From Octopus vulgaris (lineage: Eukaryota), in NCBI GenBank assembly GCA_951406725.2, contig OX597818.1:5022001-5086000 (forward strand): a DNA stretch of 64,000 bases. The letters are read 5' to 3'. Within the stretch, counting starts at the first letter, position 1. Each line of letters starts with the position of its first letter. A program made the translations under genes and the position numbers. This document shows, in pieces, positions 37,604-51,283 of this stretch. The notes beneath the pieces were generated by a model. That model ran no database searches. It was given only the letters and a program-made list of their open reading frames with translations, and was not told the DNA's origin.

Positions 37604-38035
37604 ATGAACTTTATGCAAAAGTATGCTTCCGACGAAATCTATTATAGTGAAAAGGTAATATTGGTCATTTTCTGTGGGTTGATATTTCGGGAACCGTACA
37701 ACTCTGTCGAAAATAATTGAGGTAAAGCATATACAAAGAGAGGGAGAGAGAGAGAGAGAGGGGGGGGGGGAGAGTGTGTGTCTGTGTGCAGACAGAGAGG
37801 AAGACAGAGAAAGAGAAAATTGTCTAATTTAATACAATCAAACCTTGAGAGCGATATAAAATTTTAGGAAATCGTTAAATTTATTCTGACATTATGCATG
37901 GCTAATAGGTGTAACTGCACTCTCTCTTTCATTTCTCTGCCTGTCTGTCTGTATGTATGTATGTGTGTATGTATGTATGTATGTACGTACGTACGTACGT
38001 ATGTATGTATGTATGTATGTATGTATGTATGTATG

Positions 38036-38075
<40 letters not shown>

Positions 38076-38989
38076 CATCTGTTTGTCTATCTATACATAG
38101 ATACAGGCAATTACTCCGTGAAATGCTAAGAGTCAATCAAATGTACATAAAATGTGTAAACTTCATATATTTGGATGTGAAACTTATTGTAAAACCTCCC
38201 ACCTATTCACTACCACATTTACACTCCAAATAGTTTTACAACAGTCTGCTGAATAGTATATATATATAAATAATATGGGTGGCTTATTAACAATTTAAAA
38301 ACCTAAAGGCAAATTTTTACACACACATAAATTTGCCATCAGGTTGTTAAATTGCTAATAAGCCACCCATATTATTCATAGTTTTCATTTCTACCGTTTT
38401 TGAAATCAGCACATGTTTTCAATGGTTTTAATTGTAAGTTGACAAGTTGAGTTGATCTTCTCTCTTGGTGCAATAAGAGCCACTGGTAAGAATTAAGATG
38501 CACTGCGTCAAAATTCGAAATCAGTTGTGATATGGTTACATCTGTGATCGCAGGGAGCTTTGCCTCCCTTGTCAACTTATCAAGATAGTGCTATTATGGC
38601 TAATGAATCATTTTGACTCTTATTTCTAGCAATGCCAATACCACTTTGTACTCTCAGTCACTTTAGTGATGTCTGTAGATTTGCTGGTAACTTTTTCGTC
38701 TTCTAAGGGTAAACACCCAATCTTTCTCTACTGTTCTGACAGCTTTACTCCGTTCGAAATTTACTTTCTTGTCTGTAATATACCAACCACATTCGACTCT
38801 TCCAATATTTCGAGTTCTATTTTTTTTGTTTGCATCGCCAAACACAAACACACACGCACACGCACACGCACACACACACACACAAACACACACACACATA
38901 CAAACACACACACGCGCACACGCACACGCACACACACACACACACACATACACACATACACACACAAACTGTATGAAGACAGGGAAAGC

Positions 38990-40290
38990 ATGATCTATTT
39001 CAATCATATTCTCATGCAATACATCAACAATAGTGTTTTTGGCCATCACGTGTCTGAATTACTTCAAAGGCACGTGATTTCATGCTTCCAATCAAATTCT
39101 GCAGTAGATCACGTGGACGCTCTTCCAAGGTCTTCTTTATTGCTGTTTCGAGTTCATCAACATTGATGAATATTGTTTGCCTTCGCTGTACATCATTTGT
39201 GAGATATCCCCAGGCATTCTCTATGGGATTAATTTAAGGACTTCTTGCTAGCCAGGACATGACTTCAACTCCAATTGCATGGAGGAAATCCAAAATTACC
39301 TTTACTTTAGGAATGGGAGCACTGTTCTGCTGAAATATGAAGTTCTCGCCATAGAGCCTTCTTCCTTCTTCGTCAATGTGAGCCCCATCCAGCGTGCCAA
39401 TGTACCGTACAGCATTAAAATGGCCATCCATGATGACAAGTGGTAGCCTTCCATTGGCAGATATTGCTTCCCACACCATAAGACATTCTCCACTGTTCTG
39501 CCGTTTGGAAAATGTAGAATTTTGCATGCAGTTATCTGCTCAGTAATGTATATAAACATCAGGGCCAGCCAAATACTATTTTTTCTCATCAGAGAACGGA
39601 ACCTAGGTCCATTTACCATCCCACGTCTGATGCTACTGCGCAAACTCTAATCTAGCAGCTTTGTGGGAAGGGGACAGTAACGGACGTCCTATCTGCTTCT
39701 TCAGGTGGAAATCATGGTTAAAAATCACTCTTCTTACGGTGGATATCGAACTCCTACTTGATTTTGGAAAGAGAAGAGCAGCGTGATATCTTCACAGCCC
39801 GTTCATCTCTTTCTGGTGTAGGCTTGGGACGTCCACCAGCATGGACCCTGCTGTAGCTGTCGGGATCTTTCAGAAAATTGTCCACTGGCGTTCTCCTTCG
39901 CCGAATCTTTTTGGCAATCTTCCGGTTACTCATTCCTTCCACTTTCAGTGCAGGAATCTTCACTTGTTCAATTTTGGAAAACTTTGTTGCTTTAGGCATA
40001 CTGAAAATGTAATCTATCAGGATCACGGTGAATATGAGTGAGTCCAATATTTTCCGAAACAATCTGGAAAGAAATGAATACGTATTAGTGGCTTTATAGT
40101 TTTGACGTGGTTATATGTTAGGAAAAATTGGGAAATCAGCTATTGTAATGTGAGAATAAAGATAGAAGGTTTACATTTCAAAGTATTCATGAAATACCCA
40201 TTTACAATATATTATGCCTCTTAGTCCACTTAAGTACAGAGTTAAAGTTCAAAATATCTTTAAAAAAACATGTGGCTTTGTAGTTTTGAA
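38990..40290 (-). mobile_element. Tc1/Tc3-like transposon relic
   Basis: MPKATKFS..GMSNRKIAKKI..GGRPK HTH; FSDEK; MVWEAIS; FQQNSAP; WLARSP-LNPIENAW. Confidence 0.85.
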
Positions 40291-40310
40291 TAGTAGTTTA
40301 TATATATTTA

Positions 40311-41506
40311 CGAGGGTCGTCTGAAAAATTCATAGGCTGATCAAAACACTCTTATAGAATGTGACCAAACCAAATTTATTTTTCAATAAACTAATCTGTG
40401 GTCTGCAATCCACACACTTTTTTCTATTCCAGCCGATATCACATAATCATCCCTTCGATATTGGTTCCCAGTGAATTGCTTTTTCATGTTGGGGAATAGA
40501 TTGGGCCACTGAGTAGAATAGGGAGGGTGACCAATCAGTTCAAGGCCACAATCACACTCAACAGCCATTGAAATCAAGGACTTGTGCGCTGGAGCATTGT
40601 CCTAATGAAACAAAACCTTTTTCGCAGCTTTTCTGGTCGTATGGTCTTGACAGCTTTTTGTAAATGCCTCAATAAATTGGCAGAGTACACTCTATTGAAG
40701 GTGTGGTCCTTTTGAAGAGAGTCAATAACACCGATGCCTTTTGCATCCTCCAAAATTTCAGGTCATTATCTTCTCGCAGATGAAGTGACTTAGGTCTTTT
40801 TTGAGCACTGAATGAATTGTCTCTTTGTCTTTGACATAAAGTGATGATCTCAGTAGTCATCCTGGATTAGGAAACGTTCAAGGATACCTGCTGGATCTGC
40901 CTCAAACAATGTCAAATCTTCCCGTGATGTGATCAGCCTGGTGCACTTTTGACAGGTGTCAGACGTGGTGCCCACCACTTTTGACAAGTGTCAGACTGGT
41001 GTCAGACGTGTCACCCACCGAGCAGAAACGTTCATTATGCCAAATTCATTGTGCAGAATGTTCTCAACTCTCTCACGGAATATGCTAATAACATTGGCTA
41101 TTTGATTTATAGTCAATCACCAGTCAGCCATCACCATGTAGTGAACACAATCAATGTTTTTTCACGGTGCTGGCAGTCGCAGGATGTCCAGACCATGGGT
41201 CTTCATGACTCTCCCTTTCCCTCCAAAATTCAGCTGCCCACTTTTGTACTGTTGATACAGCTGGAGCATCATCTCCTGATATAGCAACTATGTCAGCATG
41301 TCTGTCCTTGATAAAACTATGATGCCAAACTTTGTCCATTTTCAAGGGAAGTCGCCGATAGTTACTTTTAAGTGTTCTTTGAATAGTTAGATATCAGTCT
41401 ATCTGGGAAGAAACAAATAAGAAGATTTGAATTTAATGCACGCAAGATTTCACAGCTCTAGCATCACACCTTCATAGTCAACCTATGAACATTTTAGCCT
41501 ATCCAC

Positions 41507-41507
<1 letters not shown>
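40311..41507 (-). mobile_element. Full-length degenerate mariner
   Basis: Imperfect TIRs CGAGGGTCGTCTGAAAAATTCATAGGCTGA / TCAACCTATGAACATTTTAGCCTATCCACG with TA flanks; STVQKWAAEF, DNAPAH and HPPYS motifs. Confidence 0.85.
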
Positions 41508-41572
<65 letters not shown>

Positions 41573-41637
41573 ATATTTGCATGTATGTATATATATATAT
41601 ATATATATATAAACATACAAATATATATATATGTATA

Positions 41638-41734
<97 letters not shown>

Positions 41735-44577
41735 AGATTGAAAGAGACAGAGAAGGAGAGAGTGATAGAAAGAGAGATATCTACGTCATTGTATTATTTG
41801 TACCTTATAAAGATACGTATTTACATATTTGTATAGAAGGCACAAAAGGCAACATTTACACACTTGAAATAAAAAAAGTCGTTCTGCAGAATACAACATT
41901 ATGCAAATTGATGTAAGTGAAACTCTACAACTCATCTAGAAGGTGAGAATCACGTTGGTGTTGAGTTATCATTTCTTCATTTAATTATTTATGTTGTATA
42001 ATTATGTAAAATATTTGGGATGTGTTCCATGGTATCTAAAGGATAACTTTGTTCTTCATTTATTTTCGTTTCCATTATGAATGAGAAGGTCTATGTAATA
42101 CTTTTTAAAAACATATTTACACCGCTGTAATTAATGAAACTGAATAACCTTTTTCATTAAACTGAAACATTTTTTTAAAATCTTAAATTCGCATTTGAGG
42201 TTCTTTTAATAGACAAGAGAAATTGGAAAGACTGTCCAATATTTTAAGCGTAGCAAGAACGCACACTCATTTTTTTATGACTGTAAACTCTTTTAAACAA
42301 AACAATTGATATTTACAGACAGGACATCAAAGTATTATTATCTACAACAGAAATCAATTCGATCATGAAGATAGTTTTCAGATGTACAAAGTTAGGGCTA
42401 AAGTTATTAACTTGCAAAACAAATTATATGTTTGATTAATTATGAGATGTTATACTGAGTTTTATTATGTATTAATAACGAGGAAATAAAGAGAATTTTA
42501 AAACAAATTCTAGTATAGTAAAATGTAAGCAACGGGTATTATATAATTATATACGATATTCTTTAGATAGCATATGTGGTAATAATACTGTGAGTGTATC
42601 CCCAGATAGTAAAATATTCAGGGACGATAATCGTCTCACATGTATTGAAGTCACTGTCAAAATTTAGTACAGGAAAATTCTTTCCACCATTCCGAAAAGA
42701 AGAATTGCCCCATTTTTTACCATTCAACGTAAATATTTCAACTGATGTTGTGTTCATTGTATTAATGCACCGCAATTGTATGTTTAGAACATTGGTATGT
42801 GGTTTAGAGAGTAAGCAGGATTTGATGTTAGAGAAGTTAGGACACGATTTTTCTCCAGGACTCGGGACAATAATCTGTTCCATATTAGATTCAGTACGTG
42901 AATCTCGTTAAACAAAGCTAAGTTTTTTTAAATAATAAATCATGCAGACATCATGCCTTTTACATGTCAAGAGTAGATGAGAGGACAGCAATCAAATCTA
43001 CTTATATCGAAGGATAGAGGAACAATCGAATGACTTAATCTTTCTTGTTTTGGCGGAGGTTTACAGTTTCAATCTCTAAGAAATATATATACAGAATAAA
43101 AATATGCCTCCTTCCAAGATGATCCAATAAATAAATTAACCAGTAAAATTTTAAAGACGCCAATGAGATTTTAAATAGTAACTTAAATCTTCGTCCCATA
43201 AACATAGTTTGCTGCGATTGTTGCAATATTAACATTAGAGAATACGCTTTTAAGTCGATAATCTAGTTAATTCTTTAACTTAAAATATTTAAATATTTCT
43301 TTATATTGTAATTCAAGTCCTTTCTGACAGAGCCTTTGTCACTAGACTTATTTTGGCTTTGTCAAAATAAGTAATTACAAATATTGTAATTTAGATGAAT
43401 GTAGTATGCGGTCCGTATTTTAATACTTTGGACCGTGTGAAATAATTAGCTAAGAAACAATCTTTAATTCAGGAAGCATCTCTAAAATATATTTTTATAA
43501 TGCACCATGATACCGCACTAAAAAATATGACATTAATAGACGAACTAATAAACATTATTTCAGTGTTACCAGAAATATTACATCGGTATTTAGTTAATGG
43601 TGATGACAGACATTTAAAAAGCCTAAGATTATGGACAATAAATATTCTTAACTATCACAAGTCTAGTATAGTTTCTAATAAAATTTATCATAAGAAGATT
43701 TTCAAATTACTTAGTGACAATGGGTGCACTCAAAGATATCATACAGAGTTTTCATATAATTTCTATTCCTTGATAAAATAGATATTGTGCCTATGTAATT
43801 AATCAATATTTGCAGAGATGCTCATTAATAAATTTGTTAATTCAAATTTATATCTTAGAGCCTAATTTTATTTACGTATTTTCAGAATGCTTTCAGATAT
43901 AATTACTTTCAAGATGTAAGATTGATAGGATATCTTTCGTGTTGTTGATAGTAAATAACAACTTACAGAGAGAAACGTTTGTTCTGTATTAACAAAAGGA
44001 CTGTAGGGTTGCTTCGAAATAACACTGATGTAACGAAATGGAGCTTCTATTGTTAAATGTTTCATTACTAATGGTTAGAATAGAATATGATGAAAAACGA
44101 GAAATATGTTGCTGTAGAATTTCAACTTATAATTAAATATTTAATACTGTGTTTCAGTTGTTCAACAATTTAATAAGATTCACAACATGTGGGAAGAAAC
44201 TGAAACGATATAGAGATAACCCCTGGTAAGAAGAAAGAAGGATACTGATGATTGAAATTATCTAATTCTCTCATGCCTGACTCGAACCTTTTAATAATAT
44301 ATTTGAATGTTTAGAGTCATGTTCAACCCCTACCTACATACATGTTCACCTTCACACTTAAAGCTATTGTAGAATTAAAAGTACGAGCACTTCATAAAAA
44401 AACACTCCTAGATGCTAGAATGCAAATAGACGCTTAAATTGCTACTGAAAGGTATTTTATCATTTCTTTTAATTTATTTTATACTCTTTCTGCAAGTAAT
44501 TTTTATATTAAAGCATAAGTATTTAGATTCTCAATAACTGGAAATTATTATTATCGCTATGCCTAAGCGAAGTCATG

Positions 44578-44604
<27 letters not shown>

Positions 44605-44623
<19 letters not shown>

Positions 44624-44850
44624 TTTCTTAATACCTTATTAATTAACACATTCACCTGTTCAATTTCCACTCATTTACTTATTTTAAAAATTTTATTTAA
44701 AAAATTTTCGCTGCTTCTTGCAACATCTTCAATTGTTGTTGACTCTCAACTAAGGCATTGAAAACAGAATGACTCTACCCAGACAACAAAATATGTTTCA
44801 ACATACGAATTCTCATAACGAATCTTGCAAACCAAATACAAAACAATATA
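44605..44850 (-). mobile_element. PLE-type pLTR, copy 1 of 3 (with 46047-46246 and 63070-63307)
   Basis: Shared GAATCTTGCAAACCAAA end; HHR-like TTGAAGA-t-gttgc/gcagc-GAAA-att at ~44700-44735 (-). Confidence 0.55.
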
Positions 44851-44899
44851 TATATATATATTTATGTGTGTGTCTGTGTCTCTGTTTGTGTGTGTTTGT

Positions 44900-45112
44900 A
44901 TCCATGTTTGCCCCACCACCATCGTCAGACAATCAATGGTGATGTGTTTATGTCCCGTAATTTAGCGGTTCGGCAAAAGAGGCTGATAGAATAAGCACCA
45001 GGCCTACAAAGAATAAGCCTTGGGATCGATTTCTTCGATTAAAACCCTTTGAGATGATACTCCAGCATGGTCCCAATCAAATGACGGAAACATGAAAAAG
45101 AATAAAAGAATA
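44900..45112 (+). mobile_element. SINE 3' part
   Basis: GTCCCGTAATTTAGCGGTTCGGCAAAAGAG..CTCCAGCATGG. Confidence 0.75.
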
Positions 45113-45212
45113 TATATGTGTGTGTGTGTATTTATAATTTATTTATTGGAATGGTGTTGTATGCTCTTTTGTATATGATGTTAAGTATGTGTAGACGGGT
45201 TGTATCTATTAC

Positions 45213-45350
45213 CTTATTGCCCACAGGGGGTTAAACATAGAGGGAACAAACAAGGACAGACACAGGGATTAAGTCGATTACATCGACCCCAGTGCGTACC
45301 TGGTACTTATTTAATCGACCCCGAAAAGATGAAAGGCAAAGTTGACCTCT
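45213..45350 (-). mobile_element. SINE 3' part (second family)
   Basis: CTTTGCCTTTCATC..GGGGTCGAT..AAGTACCAG..CTGGGGTCGATGTAATCGAC on the - strand. Confidence 0.7.
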
Positions 45351-45691
45351 CTCGCCTTCTCTCTCAATCACACACACAGACACATTATCTTTCATATACA
45401 CATACATAAATACTTATGGATACATCTTTTTATGTATGTGTGTGTGCATGGGAGAGAGAAAGTAAGCGACTGTATTTTCTCGTAACATATAGAGAAATAG
45501 ATGTCTTAAGGTACACACAAAATCTCATGTCGTTGTCGTCGTGGTGTAAAATGTCGTTTAGGATAGTTGAATCATAAAATAAAATTTAATGTAAAATTTT
45601 TGTGATGCAAATATTTAAATGTAAATAAAGTTTATTTGTTAGCCGAAGATTACTGAATCTTTTGATACCCCACACGTCAAAATATATATAA

Positions 45692-45990
45692 GTGGAGGCG
45701 CAATGGCCAAGTGGTTAGGGCAGCGGACTCGCGGTCGTAGGATCGCGGTTTCGATTCCCAGACCGGGCGTTGTGAGTGTTTATTGAGCGAAAACACCTAA
45801 AAGCTCCACGATGCTCCGGCAGGGGGTGGTGATCCCTGCTGTACTCTTTCACCACTCTTTCTCCCACTCTTTCTTCTGTTGGCCTGCTCGCTTAGCCAGC
45901 GGGGTGGCGTCATTCGAAGGCTAAAACAATGCGAACGCATTGTGACCAGCGATGTGTAACTACATCTGATGGACTGGTCGGTCACGTGAT
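45692..45990 (+). mobile_element. Young GC-rich tRNA-derived SINE
   Basis: A box TGGCCAAGTGG, B-box-like GTTTCGATTCC, CpGs retained, ends CACGTGAT in (TA)n. Confidence 0.88.
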
Positions 45991-45991
45991 T

Positions 45992-46046
<55 letters not shown>

Positions 46047-46246
46047 TGTTGTTTCTGGGGAGAGTCATTTTCTTTTTATACCTTATAATGTAACACACAC
46101 ACCGGTAGAATTTCCACTTATTTCTTATTTTTATTTTCCTAAAATTTTCGTTGCGTCCTGCAACCTTTTCAATAGTCCAGACACAAGTGAATATGCTTCG
46201 ACACACAAACTCATATAAAGAATCTTGCAAACCAAATCCAAAAACG
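46047..46246 (-). mobile_element. PLE-type pLTR, copy 2
   Basis: HHR-like cta-TTGAAAA-g-gttgc/gcaac-GAAA-attt-tag at ~46137-46175 (-); flanked by (TA)n. Confidence 0.55.
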
Positions 46247-46641
46247 ATATATATATATATAATGGAAGTTAAAATGAAATAAGGAATTATAATTTTTTGA
46301 AAAGTACATTTTGTTACAAAATCAAATGTCTGAAATTATATTAATTATGTGGATTGTAAAAGTATCTATCAATTGTTACAACACAAGAAGAGTTTTTTTT
46401 TTAATTCTCAAATTTCAATTAGAAATGACAAAGAGCTGTCAAAGCTTTGTAATTCACTTCGCTTTCCCATTTTTCAATCTAAAGTTAGCCTTGTTCGAAC
46501 AAACCTAGTCTAAAAGAAATTGTTGTAATGATCATGTCTTCTTACATACCAACAAACATATACTTTTGTAGGATATAGTTATTCAGTATGACGTCCTTTT
46601 TGAGGCGGAAACCAGAATACAAGTATTCAACAGAGAAAATA

Positions 46642-47849
46642 TTGGGTTGGCAAGAAAGTAATTTTGGTTTTTTAGTGTGAAATATAAGTTTTTTTTTCAT
46701 CATACAGAGAATGAACTTTAATCAATTATGTATTTTCCATTTCATGATTCCGCGCTCACAGAACTTCTGGTCCTTATCAGCCCAAACCTGAAACAAGTGC
46801 GATTTCATGTCATCATCTTTGTCGGAAGTTATACCATTCAAAAAGTTTGCAAGCTTCAAAATAAATGGTAATCTGATGGTGCAAGTTCAGGGCTATATAG
46901 TGGATAGGATATCACTTCCCAATCAAACTCCAGTAATCTTTCACGAGTTAGCAAAGACGTGTTGTGGTCTAGTGTTGTCATGGTAGAACACGATTCTTTT
47001 ACGATTTGCCAATTCTGGCCGTTTTTCTTTGATTGCTTCATCCAGTTTCATTAGTTATCGACACTAAACATCTGGATTGATAGTTTAGTTCCTTGGAAGC
47101 AGCTCAAAATACACAACACCTTTGTAAATCCACCAAATTGACAGCATGACCTTTTTTTGATGCAATTCAGCTTTCGATGCGGTTTTGTGCTGGTTCATTA
47201 TGCTTGGACAATGATTCGTTTAAAAAGAAAATGGTCGATTTCATTGCATTTAAGGTGCATATCGCAAATATTGATCCGTTGTGTTAAGTGAGTTTCTTTC
47301 AATTCACGTGGAATCCAAACATCGCGCTTCTTAAACGAGTCCAAGACATTTTAAGTGGTTTTCAGTTATTGTGGCTGATACATTTAACCTCTCTGCAATC
47401 TCTCGCTCAGTTATACGACAATCAGGTTCAATTATTGTTTTGATTCCGTCATCATCAGATTCAGTAGGTCAACCAGAAGCTTGGTCATCTTTGAGTGAAA
47501 CATCTCCTGAACGGAATTTTAAAAACAATTTCTGACATTTACGTTCTGTTAAACGATCGACACCATAAACTTCACATATCTTTTTGTGAGCCTCAGCAGC
47601 TTTCTTGCCTTTACAGAAATAAAAAAATGCAAAATCTGGCGAAAATATTCGTTTTTGCACTTCATGCTAAAATTGACACTGAAGTAACAGCTGTAAACAA
47701 AATTACAGTAAAGGCTATCAAATGGTAAAGGATATCAAAGGTAAAGGCTATCAAATGTGAAAAGGAAAAAATCATAACATTGGCAAAAGTTATTTAAAAA
47801 AATCGTAACTCTATTTGCGAAAAACGAAATTACTTCCTTGCCAACCCAA
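46642..47849 (-). mobile_element. Full-length degenerate mariner
   Basis: TIRs TTGGGTTGGCAAGAAAGTAATTT / AAATTACTTCCTTGCCAACCCAA with TA TSD; KKAAEAHKKICEVYG and YSPELAPSDYHLF motifs. Confidence 0.92.
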
Positions 47850-48114
47850 TATATACCAGTCTACATCAAAATTTATGAGATGAGAGCTGTTCGAATGTCA
47901 GAAAGTGTGTGAGACTGTGAACATTTTATTCCCTACCTAATTGTATATGTCTACACTGTGAGTTCAACGTTAACCAGCGTTTGGTCCCAATGTTCTATTG
48001 ATTTATTTTTCCGTATTCCTAAGTACAGGATATGAAAGGATGTGTATTCAAAAGATAATTCTCACAATTATCTGATATAAAAGATATCTTAAGGATATCT
48101 TTTATATCATATCT

Positions 48115-48317
48115 TTCATTTGTTTCAGTCAGTGGAATGCAGCCATGCTTGGTCACCGCCCTGAAATGCTTAGTCGAACAAATTTACCACATTACATATT
48201 TATGAAGCCTGTTGCTTACTGTATCGATTCTTTTTTGCCAAACCGGTGAGTTACGAGGATGTAAAAGCCGCCAGTTGTCAAGGGGTGGTGGAGGCAAATA
48301 CAAACACACATCCATCC

Positions 48318-48400
<83 letters not shown>

Positions 48401-48442
48401 CATCTATCTGTCTTTCTGTCTGTCTGTCTGTCTCTAATTCTC

Positions 48443-48509
<67 letters not shown>

Positions 48510-48662
48510 AATATGATTCTTTCAATTTACGTCTACCAAATCCACTCATAAAGCTTTGGTCGACCCGGGGCTATAGAACCTGTCAAACGTGTCATGAAGT
48601 GAGACTGAACCCGAAACCATCTGCTGGGAAGCAACTTTCTTACCACACAACCACACCTGCAA
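48115..48662 (-). mobile_element. SINE with expanded internal (TATC)n/(TA)n
   Basis: Same head and tail as 37255-37603. Confidence 0.75.
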
Positions 48663-49414
48663 CTATACGTCGAATAATCACATCTAATTTGTAAAATTTT
48701 AATGGAAATCATATTCCAATGAGTGAATTTTAAAGAAACACTCTTCCGGCAAGCCTGGCTAAGATATAGTTTCAAAATACTTAAATATTTGCGAGTCGAA
48801 CGTCTAAACGTTTATTAGTTTATTTTGTATAGTGAGACAGATATATTTAAGAGTAGCAACAGCCGATAATGTTTCATAAATATGCCAGCTCAATGTCTAC
48901 CGGTGTTTCTGTTCTTTGCAATTTTATTAGACCGTCAATTTGTCAGTGTTGTGTAGATAGTGGGAAGCTACACGATTCCATAAGTTAACCCATACTTTTC
49001 TGTTTTTTCCCAATACATCCATCATTTGGCAAATAAATAATATTATATTTGAAGCATTAAAGGATTAACCAGTTTTAAGTTGAAATCGAAGGCGTTGAAA
49101 TAAACATTTTTTTTATATATACAATAATAATTTAAATCTAATGCTTCTTTGCATTGATTAATTAGATCCTAATAGACTAATGTACTCCCTATCGTTGAAA
49201 AATATCTGCTTCCCTTTATCCTCATAGGTAAGTGTGAAATTTTACATAATTTGTTTTAATGATTCTATTGATTTCAGAGAACATAATTCAATTGCATTTT
49301 ATTTTAGCAAATTAAAACCTGAGCAATTGAAGAATAAGCTGACTTTGGTGTTGTTTAAAACGGATCAAGTAGGTAATTACTCAGGCAACATATATACTAT
49401 ACATAAATATATAG

Positions 49415-49633
49415 GAATGGCTGTGTGGCAATAAGCTTGCTTCCCATACAGTTTGTGTGTGTGTGTTTGTGTTTGGCGATGCAAACAAGAATAATAGAAC
49501 TCGAAACATTGGAAGAGTCGAATGTGGTTGGTATATTACAGATGGTTCCGTGTTCGGTCCCATTGCGTGGCACCTTAGGCTAGTGTCCTCTACTATAGCC
49601 TCGGGCCGATCGAAGCCTTGTGAGATTTGGTAG
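49415..49633 (+). mobile_element. SINE head carrying a ~93-bp foreign insert (49451-49543)
   Basis: GGCTGTGTGGCAATAAGCTTGCTTCCCA [insert] ATGGTTCCGTGTTCGGTCCCATTGCGTGGCACCTT. Confidence 0.75.
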
Positions 49634-49749
49634 CCGAAATAAGATTAAGTTTAATGTAAAAAATAAATAACACTGAAGCAAAATAACACCAAATATATAG
49701 TGCGTGTGTTTTTATTGGCTAAACTGGCAATGTGACCATTCCGAAATAT

Positions 49750-49819
<70 letters not shown>

Positions 49820-49822
<3 letters not shown>

Positions 49823-50130
49823 GAGAGTTAACGAAACAAAAAGACGAAGACAGGTGCTGTACAAAACAAACAGATGTATTCGTATAAAGCTCAGGAATTG
49901 AAAAAGTCTTTTACGCTTCGAGCCTACGCTCTTCTACAGAAAGGAACACAGAAAAAAACAAGTAGAGAAACAAGAAGAGAAAAAAATGTGTGTAGTGGCT
50001 ACCGATCTATCATGGCGACTGCTTTCACCCCCTACCGAAAGATGAACAACAATTCCCCTGTCCACAATAATAACGATAACTAATTACCTCCCCTTAGGTT
50101 TTCTACTTGTTGAATAATTCATTCCTAAAC
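49820..50130 (-). mobile_element. PLE pLTR with variant HHR
   Basis: 49907-49944 (-): ccttt-CTGTAGA-a-gagc-gtag-gctc-GAAGC-GTA-aaaga. Confidence 0.6.
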
Positions 50131-50586
50131 TCCACACACAACGTGGACAAAAAAATGTTTCTTAAGAAAATACGCATGTAAATAAATTCTAATGTCATGC
50201 GAAAGTGAAACCGGTTGACAAACATAATATAATATATATTAAAAATTATATTAGAACTACATAAAATGTGTGCATTTTCTTCTTTAATTTCTTACACACA
50301 CACACATACACACACACACACACTCTCTCTCACTCTCTCTCTCAAACACACACACACACACACACATATATACATATGCATATGTATGTATTTGTGTGAC
50401 TGTGTTTGTCACGCCACCATCGCTTGATAAACGATGTTTGTGTGTTTACGTCCCCGTAATTTAGCGGTTCGGCTACCAATACAATAAATACTAGACTTAC
50501 GAAGAATAAGGCGGGGTTCGATTTGTTCAATTAAAGGCGCTGAAAGAAATAAAAGAATAAAGGAATATAGACAGATTGACAGACAG

Positions 50587-50695
50587 ATAGGTAGGTAGGT
50601 AGGTAGGTAGGTAGGTAGGTAGGTAGGTAGGTGGGTAGGTAGGTAGGTAGGTAGGTAGGTAGGTAGGTAGGTAGGTAGGTAGATAGATAGATAAG

Positions 50696-50748
<53 letters not shown>
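50587..50748. repeat. (TAGG)n(TAGA)n microsatellite
   Basis: Direct observation. Confidence 0.95.
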
Positions 50749-50749
<1 letters not shown>

Positions 50750-50949
50750 TCGTCCTCAGACTTTGATTAAACTACCCCCAGGCGCCAACGAATAAAAAGC
50801 TGCTAACAATTTAGCAATCTTCAAAAGAAATGGCCTCCAGAGTTTTTAATCTGAGAAGTGACTTCCATGATCTATGATAGAGCTCTAACGCTACTGAAAC
50901 AGCAGTTTCACATACGCACTCGAATGTTTCATAAAATAAAATAAAAATA

Positions 50950-51283
50950 AATGCGCCCTTTTAAAGCCTAGCCAGGCTCATGGGCCCGGTTTCCCGGTTT
51001 CAATGGCATATATGTTCCCCAGCTGGACGGGACGCCAGTCCATTGCAGCGTTACTCATTTTTGCCAGCTGAGTGGACTGGAGCAACGTGAAATGAAGTGT
51101 TTTGCTTAAGAACACAACGTGTCACCCGGTCCAGGAATCGAAACCACAATCTTTCGATCATGATGCTGACACCCTAACCACTAAGTCACGCGCCTCCACA
51201 AATGCGCCCTTTTAAAGCCTAGCCAGGCTCATAGGCCCGCTTTCCCGGTTTCCATGGTGTATGTGTTCCTCAGCTGGATGGGA
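50950..51283 (-). mobile_element. tRNA-derived SINE plus adjacent partial tandem copy
   Basis: A box TGACTTAGTGG, B-box-like TTTCGATTCC; 51200-51283 repeats 50949-51032. Confidence 0.85.

Noticed and set aside
41485-41916. YI-, HTYI-, CV- and YLSI-repeat ORFs here and throughout the window
   Set aside because: (TA)n, (CATA)n, (TG)n and (TATC)n microsatellites lack stop codons in some frames; not genes.
45692-45770. tRNA-like sequence with A and B boxes
   Set aside because: No proper acceptor stem, and it continues into a SINE body; the same applies to the other SINE heads.
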